Shown: positions 11,801 through 23,600 of the stretch, one piece after another
How positions within the stretch are numbered: the first letter of the stretch is position 1
Layout of the letters: the number at the start of each line of letters is the position of its first letter
Origin: Perkinsus chesapeaki ATCC PRA-425
Taxonomy: Eukaryota > Protista > Perkinsozoa
Assembly: GCA_013115145.1 (NCBI GenBank)
Contig: JAAPAO010000056.1
Span: 1-64,000, forward strand
Length of the DNA: 64,000 nt
Direction: 5' to 3'
The notes under the pieces: model-generated
What the model saw: the letters and a program-made list of their open reading frames with translations, nothing else
Database searches by the model: none
What the model was told of the DNA's origin: nothing
Translations under genes and position numbers: made by a program

Positions 11801-12420
11801 ATCACGTTTGCGTGTTTAAGATTATTATAAGTTATCTCTGCATAGTTGGTCCGAATCAAGGTTTTGGATACGGTACGATATGGATAAAAATTCTCAATAG
11901 CAAACCGTGCATTGCGGTTTGCGTAACGGTCATTTTCTCGTCTATAATGTATCTTTTACGCAGAGAGTCCCATATAGATAATATAACTTTAGATGCTCCT
12001 ATAAGAAGTGCGAGTGACGCTTCCTTTTACTCTTGGAATATATTTCCAATCGCAATTCCCATCCTTCGCATTGAAAACAATTTTCGACCCTCTGCCAGGG
12101 GGCCTCTGAAAAGATATTTCTGTGAGACTAGACGACCACCTGTCTATATGCGTCATTACGGAGATCTCACTATAGCATTTGGGGACTCCTTTGATCCGAC
12201 ACGATACCGATATAACCCCTCTGTGTGATAGACAGTATATGGTCGTTTGGCATTGCTACAGTCGATCAGATACTTTGCCATCTGTATCATTTTATTCAAC
12301 TTCATATTGGTCAACGCATTTGTCGCACTGATGGTGGCCGCTATAGACAAAGCGCATTCCAAGGACGCTCTATTAATGGGACAATCCCTTACCAAAGAAA
12401 GCTCTGGCGCTTCGACGTAG
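8830..12420 (+). CDS. Ion-transport (voltage-gated-like cation channel) family gene, paralog 1; 5' part poorly resolved
   Basis: Exons encode S1/S2 (SWIVVDILWLAYNGLDVLMCSVALVACELATRK), S3/S4 (10741-10893, WIYLNLRMFTFSVQLPGF), S5-pore (11491-11740, STLQLSSADAWSSEIAKPMF) and S6 (12270-12420, YFAICIILFNFILVNAFVALMVAAI). The pore resembles the Cav/Nav/BacNav TLFQ..T.D/E.WS..I.RP pattern. Confidence 0.75.
9659..9849 (+). repeat. 191-bp near-identical duplicate of 13715-13905
   Basis: Direct comparison gives 3 mismatches in 191 nt, and the tract spans an intron. Confidence 0.95.
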
Positions 12421-12907
12421 TACACTGGGTTAGCGTTGAGGAAATATAAGAGAGCAAGATTTGCAAATGTCCTCTCACTGAGCATTCCTCCTTGTCAGGC
12501 TCAGCGTGGACGCCATGCAGTCATCGGAGATTTTGTCGTTACTTCACGCTCAGTCTAAAGCGATTCGAGAGCTCTCTGGAGAGGTAGTAGCGGCGGTAGA
12601 GCGGGAATAGAATAAAATGGAGCAACTTGAGGCATTTTGGATACGCCCGGAGAGCAGGATGCTATACTGCTGATGAATGGTGTGGAGATCTGGTGTGTGA
12701 TGCGTGAGTAGTTGCCGAGCATTGAAGAGCTGATGTTGATCATTGGCCATGCTATTTTATGCAGTGATGGCATGGCTATTCGGTGTCACAGTTCGCTGAT
12801 AGTTGATCTAGATTAATGAATGACCAAATAGTTCTTAAATGGGGATATAGGTATCGGTACTTACGCAAAATCAGTGGTCTCTAATAATTATCAAAATAGA
12901 AATAAGA

Positions 12908-15125
12908 ATGCTGCGACTTCCGCCATTTTTTAATGCTATATTATTCGGCTTCGTATACGCGACTTTGACAATTGGTTCGCCTGTTCCGATGTGTAGGTTG
13001 AGCTCTTGAGACATCAGCTACATAGCACGCTTGGTGAACATCTACCGAGCCCAGCATCCCTATCTAGACTCAAGTCGATGCAATAAATTTTCTATCAAGT
13101 GCAGCTTCCGCTCATTTCTAACTATATTTGCAATGTATTGCTCCTCTCTTTTCTTGTTGTGTGTGTTGCGTTGATTTTTAATACGGCGAGATGCTTTTCG
13201 GGAGGGCTCATATTAGCTGGTGCTGTGAGACTGAACTGGTCAGGTAGTAGCCATTCCGCCTTTAATTAGCATTGGCAGATTGTCAACATACAGAAGCAGT
13301 GGTGATAGACCTTGTTTCAGTGCTACAATTGAAAGCTGCATGCCAGGGAATCATATAGCCTCACAGGAATGTGTTGCTAGGGGGAGGGGACAAGTGTTTA
13401 TAATGCGGACGAGATAAGGAGCAATTTGCGTTCCTTAGCCAAAAGCAGGCATTATATGCTCTCGCTGGAGACATCTATTGCCTCTTCCCGATTCTTTTGC
13501 GTCTACTAAGGCTCACTGTAGGATTGGACAGCCTCCGCTTTATCTCGTTTCTTCCTCATGTAGTTGCGGTCAGTTCTTTATCGTATTTTGCAGCGAGGAT
13601 CCTGGGCGTTCTATTATACCTTTTGGTGGCGTCCACTTTTTATTGCAGTTCCTTTCTTCCTTGTATGGGTAACCATGTCACGCCTCATCGCGTTTCGCCA
13701 TCTGATTTCCGCGGTATGAATATCTGGCGTAGATCTCTTGTTGAATCTGGTGAATGGGAATGTGTATATTTCCATCGTTTGCCTCGATGGGTTAATAAAA
13801 TATTAAGAGGATTGGCGGGAACTATGGTAGTATGGTCAGCGGGCAGAGAAGGGGACAGAAATTGTGTCAGGTTCTGCGCACACTGCCTCGGTTTGTCTAC
13901 GCTGGTATTTGGTTCTTTATAGCCATCGTACTGGGACTAATAGCATCACAGCTGAGCTGCTTCAAGTCATGCGTTAGGAATGTAATAAGAGAGGGAACAT
14001 AGAATGGAGCTGGCTCCCCTAGAACTTCTCGTAGTAGCATGTTTAGGGTTTGAGATGGAATTGTGATTCTGAGATGATCCGTCGACGTTAATATACTAGC
14101 TATATATTAGCTCACTGAAATCACGTGTGTGTGTCAGAAACAGCTATAGTCACAATATACTAAGTGCATGATAGCAAATACGTTATATTTGAATTTTAAG
14201 ATCGAAAAAACCGTAGTTGATAAGAATTTGACGCGCAGTGTATTTGTCTCCCTATCCAGCTCGCCATGGCCCGTATTGTTACTGTTTAGTAAAGCATTCT
14301 AGATATCAATTAGTACAATGGGTTTCGTTTGCACACTATAGGAAAGCGATACGTTATAGTAGTTAGGAGTAGGTTGCCATCCGTCCACCTTGCGTTAGGC
14401 TTATCATTTCAATGTGTCTGCCCTCTCGAGATTATTCCTGCCGTCCGCTACTTTATGTAGGTTGATCGTTCCCCTGACGATTCCGTCCGAGTTTGCACAG
14501 CATGTCCCACTAGCTGGGTTGTAGTTGACACGTTATGGTTAGCCATCAACGGCCTCGATGTGGTCCTCTGTACTGTGGCTCTGGTGGCATGTGAGCGGGC
14601 GCTCAAGAGAGCTCGATGGGGAATGCGTGAGGAGTTTTGTGGCGCGCGGTCGGCTTAACTTCCGGTCAGGTCTTCATGTAGTGCTTGGCCTAGGTTTATT
14701 CATCTGGGCGTCCATCGAAGCATCGGAATCTTTCGGCTACTGCTGGATCTACCTCAACCTCAGGATTTTCACGTTTAGCGTGCAGCTTCCCGGATTCACA
14801 GCCACATTTGGTGCGATATTCGGTAATGAAAGAGTTAAAACGCTGGTAGAAAATGGGTAATTTATTCCGGTTACAGGTCTCGGATCCACACTAATATTCG
14901 CGTTTGTCCCCTTCTTTTCCTTCCTCTATCTCGGTGCATGTATTGGGTGGCTCGCCTTTGGTGCTATCCCCTCGAATGGGAGCGCGAACTATGGCACACT
15001 GGCTGACGCAGCGTGGTCGACATTGCAGCTTTCGAGTGCGGATGGCTGGTCAAGTGACATAGCTAGACCGATCTTTGGGGACATTGATGGTGAACGATCG
15101 TGGATGATGTCCCTTTTTGCAAGGC
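12908..15125 (+). CDS. Ion-channel paralog 2, apparently two-repeat; final S6 exon not found (truncated gene or pseudogene)
   Basis: Has an N-terminal hydrophobic segment (PPFFNAILFGFVYATLTIG), S4-like ILLRLLRL (~13490-13515) and S6-like VYAGIWFFIAIVLGLIASQL. The second repeat has exons ending 14626, 14670-14822 and 14877-15125 (LQLSSADGWSSDIARPIF), at the same intron positions as paralog 1. Confidence 0.7.
13715..13905 (+). repeat. 191-bp near-identical duplicate of 9659-9849
   Basis: Direct comparison, 3 mismatches. Confidence 0.95.
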
Positions 15126-15726
15126 TGTAATAAGAGGGATTTGGACGGGGCAAACTGGTTGGGGATCTCGATCCATCTGATTTCTGTGACAAGTGTTCGC
15201 CGCTTTGTAACGGTATCGAAATGAAAATAGGGAAATGGGAAGCATAGAGAGATGATGTGGGAGGAGCTTTTAGATGGTCAAGGGTTGTTTGGGTAGTGAA
15301 TTCGGGTCGCCCTGATGTGGGGGCCAGGACTCGTAGAGAAAGGGGCTGCGTCACAAAGAAAACGTAGAGGTGATATGGATTGTGCGGGGATTCCCCCGTC
15401 GATGAGATCCAGTGTCAGTGTTCAACGGAATCGCTGGGAGGCAAATGTATAATGGCGAAGGCTGTGGAGAGTAATGAAAAAAGTTGAGATAGCAGTGGGC
15501 TCCGCCTCGAAACAGCTGCTAGCGGCCGCTGCTTTGGACGGAAATTCTCGTAGTGGGCTTGAACGATACTCGCGTCACCAATAAAGGGGCGCGCGACGTA
15601 CGCGTTCCGAAAATAGGGAAAACGACGGCCCTATAGGGAGGGGTATTCAACTTACATTATCTCAGGTACTTTGGAGTTTCTATAATACTATTCAATTTCA
15701 TATTATTGAATTCCTTCGTCGCTCTG

Positions 15727-18700
15727 ATGGTGGAAGCTGTTCAAAACCGAAGCCATCGAGACGCTGAGCACTTTACTCAGATAACCTCCCGCAATGGTGA
15801 GGCTAATTCAATGTAGTGTCGCGCGCCGTGAAATTATTCACCCTGTTTGGGCCCAGGTTGGATGTGGAGTTCACGACAAGTGCGTCTTCGGACATAGGCC
15901 CGGCTTATCATGCGAATGACGATTTAGCGGCAACGTTGGCAGCGCAATCTGCAGCTATACGGGCTTTAACGGAGGAGGTAGTAAAAGGGCAGCACTGGGA
16001 GGGGCCATTGCGGCACTCCGTGTGGTCCACGTCTAAGGTGAAGGCCTACAGTACGGCCTTTACTGGGGGAATGTGCCTCACAGGCTAGCTCTGGACAATG
16101 ATAGGGAGCGTTGGTTCCTCCTGGGTTTGAAATTTGTTGGTCTTTCCCAGTCTTCCCCAGAGAAGGAATGGCCCACTTTTTCTCGGTTGTTACTGGCCTA
16201 CAGAGTTCTGTATCTGTCACTTGAAGTGGAGGAGTAAGCTGAATAGCCTTCCCTGGATTTTCCTATCTTTTGGTAGATCTAAGTTAGTTGGGTCTTGTTG
16301 CTATCACAGTGCAGGGGCAATTCTTCCGGGTGCGATTCCGCGTGGATAACTTTCTTTGTTGGACTTCAGATAGCTTCACTGAGAAGAGAGCTGCGGAAGG
16401 AGCCTCCTGATCCCTGTGCCGGTTGAGCTAAAAGTTCTTCACTTTAAATATTCTCTTCCATACGTATTTTGTGTCACCACTGTCCCCATGTGTGTACTTT
16501 TTTCTCGGTTCTACTGTTGCGCTTTCCGGTGGTGGGGTCGTCTGGCCAGCTCGTTATCTGTATAGATGTATTTGTAATGGGAAGTAAGAGGAGGAATCGA
16601 AAGAGTATCTTTGGGAATCTTCCGGCTGCGCGAACGCCCATGGTAGAACTCTGCTGGTCGCCATAGTACTAGCTGAGTAGGTGACACGGTTTGGTCTCGG
16701 AAGGCCTGGCGAGCGGGCTCTGGTGGCAGAGTACACGCTCGAGGATAGAAGTCTGGGGGAGGAGGGTAGTAATGAGGGATACACGTTGAGTGGAGGAAGG
16801 TCTTATAAGACATTTGCCGTTATCGTCATGTTGAGGATGATTATTAAACCACTGTATTATTATTATTATTGAAGTACTTCATTAATATCTACTTTATTAT
16901 TATTAAAGTCGTGACTGGATGAGCAGTTATATAGTCCAGTGGCTAATGCGATATATTTTGTAAGCGAGTCCAACTTAATTAGACGTCCCTTTGTAGATGA
17001 TGTTTTTCCGGAGTGGGTAGGAGATCTCAGGGTTGAGCCGGAACGGAGGAGCTTCCTCTGGCTTCTGGAAAGCCTGTCGACCAATGGTAGGCGATCCGGT
17101 CCTAGTGCGATGGGAGGCACTCCAGGTCGGTCGTCTGTTAAATGCCGCCTGTTGATACCGGAGACCTGCGCTGTGGGGGAAGCCGCTGTTGTTGTAGACG
17201 ACGAGGAGGTAATATCACAAAGAGAGAGAGTGAGGGTTCAAGATGGTTGCTATTTTAAAGATCATGATTGTTCACAGGCTTGTATGCAGTAATGCTGCTT
17301 TCAGTAATGTGTTATTCAGAATAATAAAGGCGCCTCCTCAAGCTCTGATGGACCAACTGTGCGTGTTGTTAATAGGATGTATTATACGGATAAGGACGGT
17401 GTAATAATATCAGTGGGGAGATCTCCATCCACCAGCCTCCTCTAGGTGGTAAGGCAGTGTAATGAGCCAGCTGAGTTGGACTTAATGAGGCTCACCGAGA
17501 AGCTTACGGATCTTGCTCGGGCACGGATGATAGCCTTTGCGATTGATGGTAATATTGGTGGCCACTCGGGGGTGATGGGGACTGTCCAGTAGCAACTCCC
17601 ACTTTCGCTGAATTTCGCGATTCCGGTGAAGTTATTATTATCGATTATCGGGTTATTACATTATATCAATAACGTTATCATTCCCTGACGGTCGGTCGGC
17701 ATTGAGGTACTCAGGTACGCCTCTGACTCACGCCTGTCTGGTGGGGTATCGTAGAGATGGCACGCGTGTCCTCTGGTATGGGTCACAGTCGTCTCTGGAA
17801 GGCCTAGACATGGTGCAATCGGCGGCGGTTAGTGTTGATAAATCAGCTCATCCCGCTATGGGGAGCATCGAGTACGAGTATGATTCCACACGCATTGGTA
17901 GAATGAAGGGAGGAATGCGTCCTTGTGGCACGTATGACACTGTAGCGGCTGCACTGAATATATATGACAGTAGTAGAGTGGCAGCAATGCAGGTGAGGGG
18001 AGGAGGGCAGATGGAAGAGGAACATTTTGTATATTACATGTAGTATAGTAGTCCCCTTTGTGCTAGAGTAGTAAGGGGTACTAATACTACTAATAGTACT
18101 ACAGCCTGCCAAAGAATAATATAATAGCGCGTTTTTTCGAAAATTCTCGTCTGTATGGGCTCGCCCGTGGTTCAAATTCGGACGGATATGTTCACATACC
18201 ACTAGAAGCCTAGTGTATTAAAGTAAAAATTTAAGTTCCAAGTTTTCCCCAAGTAGCATGTCTTCTATGAGTTTTCTTTGTAGTTTTTAAGTTGATGTTA
18301 TGAAATGCATCGATCTTACATATTGGTGAATTTCGATACGTTACAGTAGTACATATTTGTAATGTGGTAACTCTTTAATTTCTATCTATTTTTTTAATTT
18401 TGGGTTCTTTTCGAAAAAGCAAAAAGGCTTTAGGTTTTCATAAGGATGTTTTTCATCGATGTTCGTTGTATACCTGTACTGGAAGCTCGCGGAGATAATT
18501 TTGGTGAAGGTGGACGAACCGATGGTCGTAGATAGTAGCCTTGGAAATGAGTGCGGCTTAGCGTTGTAGAGAGACCTACTCTCCGTAGTGAGGAAAAATA
18601 TCCAATACTGTAGTACTAAACGTTCGTTGAATTTCAACGTGTTTTAGCCTCGGGCTTGTAAGGAATGAATATTGGTTATTTTTGTTATCTTATCATTGTG

Positions 18701-19911
18701 GTGTATAGTACCGCTATTATTGAGTCCATGGAGGTGCTGTTGTCAGGCTATTGTGGCACGGAACGCTGTTGCGCACATTCCACTGGTTATTTCCACGGCG
18801 CTGGGGGAATCTAGAGGCATGGAGATTCTCAAAGGGACCTTCGAGTTCGCTTTGGACGGGAAGGGTCGGTATTGGCTTTTGAATGTGAGGGGTTTGTGGG
18901 TGGTACCTAAGGAAATGCCAAGACCAAATAAGAGTAGGAATGTGCGCACGCGTGCAGAATGTGGGGGCAGATATCGTTCGTAAAGGGGATAGTGGTGCGT
19001 CGATGCTGGAACGGTACTGCTCGGAGGAGGTAGAGATCGCATAGGGTACTTGGGTAATAGAGGTTATCAGGCTTTGTTGAAATGTGGCGTGCCTGGAGAT
19101 TCGGCGGCAAGGGTGCAAAGGATTCTGAGGAAGCTCGATGAGTATTATGTTAAGGAGGTGAGAGGTTGAGGATGCTTTTAGTGGAGCCGAAGATTCGTTG
19201 CTCTTGGACAGCAGCATTGGTATAGTTAGAGGCTTAATTTCGGGGCTTTATTTCACAGCCTGATCCCAACATCTAACTTAAATGCTGACTTAAGCTTCTA
19301 AGGCAGTAGGGATGTATTGTGAGTAACCGTACCGATCTACGGCAATAGTGAAGGTTACGGTATGGATCTGCAAATCGCGCTCCTAACAAGCGCTTAGCTT
19401 TAAAGTGTGGCTATAGGTACGCGGAGGAGCGATTGGCGGGATGACTGAGCGAGGCGGGCAGCGGAATGGGGCGGTGGTTGTTACTAGGATACCCTTGCTG
19501 GAGGGAACAGATTTTAGGAAGCTTCTTAGGAAGTTCTCGGCTAAGAAGAGACCGGCTACGGCAGGCACCAGATGGACTGGGAAGAGTGAGAGAGAGGTGC
19601 TGCAGGTGTTGGCGAGGAGTGGGGTGCAGGAGGGTATGGTGAGGAGGTCTTTGGTGCCGACAAGCAGCAAGCCGTTGTGTCTCGATTTTGATGGAAAAAA
19701 GGGGAAAACTGTTGAAGAGCGGAAAGTGAAGAGGGTTTTGAGGGTCTTCCGGCCCAAACCGAAGACAGTGAACTCCCAAATACCCGAATATACGTGCCCC
19801 TTAGGGCGTTTAACAAGGAGCGTTAGTGCGCCAGATTTAGGTCAACAGCTGTCTGTGGTGGGAGGGAGGGGGACGAGGTCTTTATCGGAGGGAAGGCTGA
19901 CCATGCTTTAG
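15727..19911 (+). CDS. Hypothetical multi-exon gene(s), unknown function
   Basis: A series of + strand exon-like ORFs with GT/AG borders (15816-16088, 16939-17292, 17702-18000, 18750-18940 'GTFEFALDGKGRYWLLNVRGL', 19441-19911). Exon linkage is not resolved. Confidence 0.4.
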
Positions 19912-19941
19912 TGAGATGCTTGCATTTGGAGGCTGTTGAGT

Positions 19942-20512
19942 TTAGGAGTGATTTAATAAAGCATTTCCGTGGAGGTGGGGGAGAAGATTGATAGTCATAT
20001 TTCCAGTTGGATTCATTATGTGGACGTCGTCCGCTAGAACGTTGACGCAACTGCCTGGCCGTTCCAGACAGTCTCGGTCCGCGTCGGCCAGAAATCGGAA
20101 GCTCTGCACTTTTTTAACCAACAAGGCCCATGGGGTAAGTGGGCATGAGGGACCTACGGAAGCTAACTAGATTGGGCTACTCCACCCAAGGCAATAAATA
20201 CATCTGAATTTGGATGCGCTCCATAAATCTTATAAGCTCCGTTATGTGTTGGGTGGCATGGGGATCAGGAGGCTGATTAGGACCTATACCAATGCTTACG
20301 TGTTTTCGCGAACCTCGCGCGTAGACTCGGAGCTTACGAGCTGGAAGGAGCCCCACCCAATGCGGTTTTAGCCTAACGACACGTGGCCTGCCTTTGACGT
20401 TAATATAAGGGGAAGGCTCAGGAGGTGATAGTGCCAGGGAATGGCACTTGCTGGAATTTGTTTCGTATTTTTTTCGCTTCACTGGGAAGATGTTTCCTAT
20501 CAACCTGCGCAT
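19942..20512 (-). CDS. Small basic protein of unknown function, divergent from the AAA ATPase gene
   Basis: ATG ORF MRRLIGNIFPVKRKKY..HWVGLLPARKLRVYARGSRKH..HITELIRFMER with candidate GT-AG introns. Only a weak resemblance to organellar ribosomal proteins. Confidence 0.3.
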
Positions 20513-20677
20513 CTCATTTCTTAATGGGCGGTTAATCCTGGGGGTATGTCCCTCGAAAGATTGCTACAGCTAACAGCCGTTCTCCTCCTGGGTCCCCTAA
20601 GAAGGAGCACCGGTGAATCTCTATCAACCCGGGATTTCTTTGAATCATCAGCGGTGTATCTTCAGACATCCTCTTCA

Positions 20678-23600
20678 ATGGTGAAGTGCCTAGGTGGCCT
20701 GGTCTCGGCTGGGGCTGCCTTCGGCCTTGCTACCTCTTCTGTAGCGTTATGTGAGGAGGCACCAGACAAGAAGGTCAAGCTTGGTATTAAGGACGCTGAA
20801 AGATACATATCGAGCGTGGTGCCGCAGAGACCGCATGCGGCAGGGAGCAGTTATGATGTCATACAGCGAGGAGATGCCGATGTGCTGAAGTGAGCTGCTG
20901 GCGACCCGGTTCGATCCGCGGACAGGGCATTTTTAGATGGCAATATTATTCTGACAACGGCGCTGACCTCTTCTACGCCCTGGTAGATGTTTTGATGTGC
21001 ATAACGAGCGGCGATGAGGATGTCAAGTAGCACCGATGATGTGAAGTGCGAGGAGCGGATGTTTGATCAGAGTTTCCAAGATGGATGGATATTGCACGCC
21101 TCCCCCTCGGAAGCTCGCCAACATTCAAGTTGTTTTCGGGCAGCCCGATATGCCTCGGGCAACACTAGATGTCTACTCGAACTATCAAGGTGGAAGAATG
21201 ATGACCACTTGGGAGCTCAGTCGTCCTTCGGGGCAGCTGACTCGAGGTGATGCTGATGTAAGTGCCGCTATCAATTTGTTCTGTACTTTCACCAACTATG
21301 CCTTCAAGTGGTCTAGTTGATGAAAACTTAACACCGAAGATATGCCTACTTTTCTGGACGCTTCGATTCACACCGATACGCGCTTGTTTGAAATGCCTGA
21401 TTGCCGGACTTCTAAGCATCCTGTTACTTCTATTCGATTTTATGAATTCAAAGCTGGCGAAGTTCCGCTCGTACTTTCTACACAACTATGATAGCTGAGC
21501 TATCTCTTTAAGGTACTCTTGCGTGGGCTCACCGAGCATTCGCTGCCTACCTACAGACGAGGAGGAGCTCGACAGTATTCGGGTGGCGTTGTAGACCAGG
21601 ACTCTGATATTGGTAGGCCGCAGGGTAACTGTTATTGTTTGCACACGATAACAGTGTGAAACGCGCTTGAAGAGATTCTCGAAGGGTTATTTAGTGGTAA
21701 TGTCCGCGAAGACCTTGGTTCATAGACTATTTCTGCAGAGTAGCAGGTCCGGTGTCGAGACATTTCGATGCTTCTTCTTCAAGGTCGAGTTTCAGATGCG
21801 GGGCACTCTGCACATCCATGCTTTGTTTTGGTCTGATGATAATATCATCATGATATCGAACATTGTTTGCTCATAGAGCGTAGCCTACGTTCTATGAGCA
21901 TACAATGTTCCCACCCTGGCATGCTGCGTAGCAGGAAAGCCTTGCATTTGAGTGATCTGCAATTAGCGGCCTTGGTTCGTGTAATCCAGGTGGGAAATAG
22001 CATGCTCTCTACCGTACGGCGTACGCCGGTATTCTCCGTTGCGGCAACGGCGTTGCCCCTACGTGCCCTACGTTCTCATCATGACATTCAGTACGGTACT
22101 CCCAAATATATTTTGCTCTCATATGTTACGCATTATGTGTCTAAGAGTGCAGACGCTTTACACCTGAACAAGCGACTATCTACCGAAGGTGCCCACAAGG
22201 CTGTCATTGGTTGTTTGCAGCGACTTCATATTGCTTTACCTGAGATGGTGCATACCCTGTCCGATAATAAGTGCCTATTTTTCCGGTATGGGGAAAGATA
22301 TGACCGACTATCCTCCTGGTGACGCTCGTGATCGCAAGGTAGAAATATGTCTGTACCGCGAACGGGGAGATGCCGACGAAGAGATCTCGCTCTTATCCAT
22401 TTGGCGGCAGCACCGTATCACAAAGGTGAACAATGTACAGCGTGCAGTGCCGTACCAGAATGCGGATAAGCTTGTAGAGGTTGGTATTAATCCGCCTAAA
22501 CTGGATAGTGAACTCTGGTGGGAGTTCTTGGTCTTCTCAGAATTGCCACACCGTCGAGGTGACGACTTACGTTGCGATGACTTAGCCAGACTACCTAGTA
22601 CTGTCCGGTACTTTGCGTGCAGCGCACGCCGTGCGCGTATGACTTGTTCCCAGATTCCACTACAGAAGAGGTCCATGCTGGTATCCTGGCTAGCCTAGGC
22701 CAAACTGGTAGTATGGTACATATGTTGCGAATGAGGTATCGGTCAAAGGTTGCTCTTCTGAAGTACTGCCGTAGTGCCTATGGCCGAATTGAACGTCTCC
22801 GACTGAGTGATCGAGGCAATCTGATCGGATCTGCCATTGATCGAGGCCCTCGATCAACGGCAGACTCCTGAAGGGTGACCAACTCCGAGTCTACAGCGAG
22901 GCTTATCGACTGATCAAGTATTTCTGCGAACACAATACTGATGTCTTGCGCGAGGTGCTTGAAGATGCTGCTTATACACCTCCTATCGTTGAGGAAGACG
23001 AGGCGAACATAGCCGAGAGGCAGTTTCCGTTAGTGGTTACTGGGTCACCAGGTAAGAACATGTGGCTGTCCTGATTGAAGTGCCATATTTATAGGTACTG
23101 GGAAGACACTTCTTATGTTGCATATCGCTTTTCTGGCAATAGAACAAGGGATGCGTGTTAGCATAAACAGTCCCACTGGCCGACTTGCGTCCAACTTTGA
23201 GCAGATTCTCAATGACCCCTCATTGGAACAAGTAGTGACGGTTGATACATGCCATGCTACCTTTGGTTTTGGGTCAAGTCGTCACCTATTCGGGGAGATA
23301 CTGATATCTTCCTAATTGATGAGGCAAGTATGATCACGTACTTTAGCTGCAACCACGTGTTGAAACAGTGGGGGATTGAAGGTGATGAACGTCGGCGAGT
23401 AATTTTGCTCTTTGCTGACTGCTTTACCAAGATGCGTAGTGGTCGTGTTATAACTCTCTTGGTGCGGAGAGAACCAATCTCCTTGCCACGTATGGTGCAT
23501 TGACAGAATTGAATACAAATCACAGGTCAGGCGAAGACGGGGAACTGGACGCCTTTCTGACCAGTTGCCGACAACGAACTTTGACGAATACAGATTGCAA

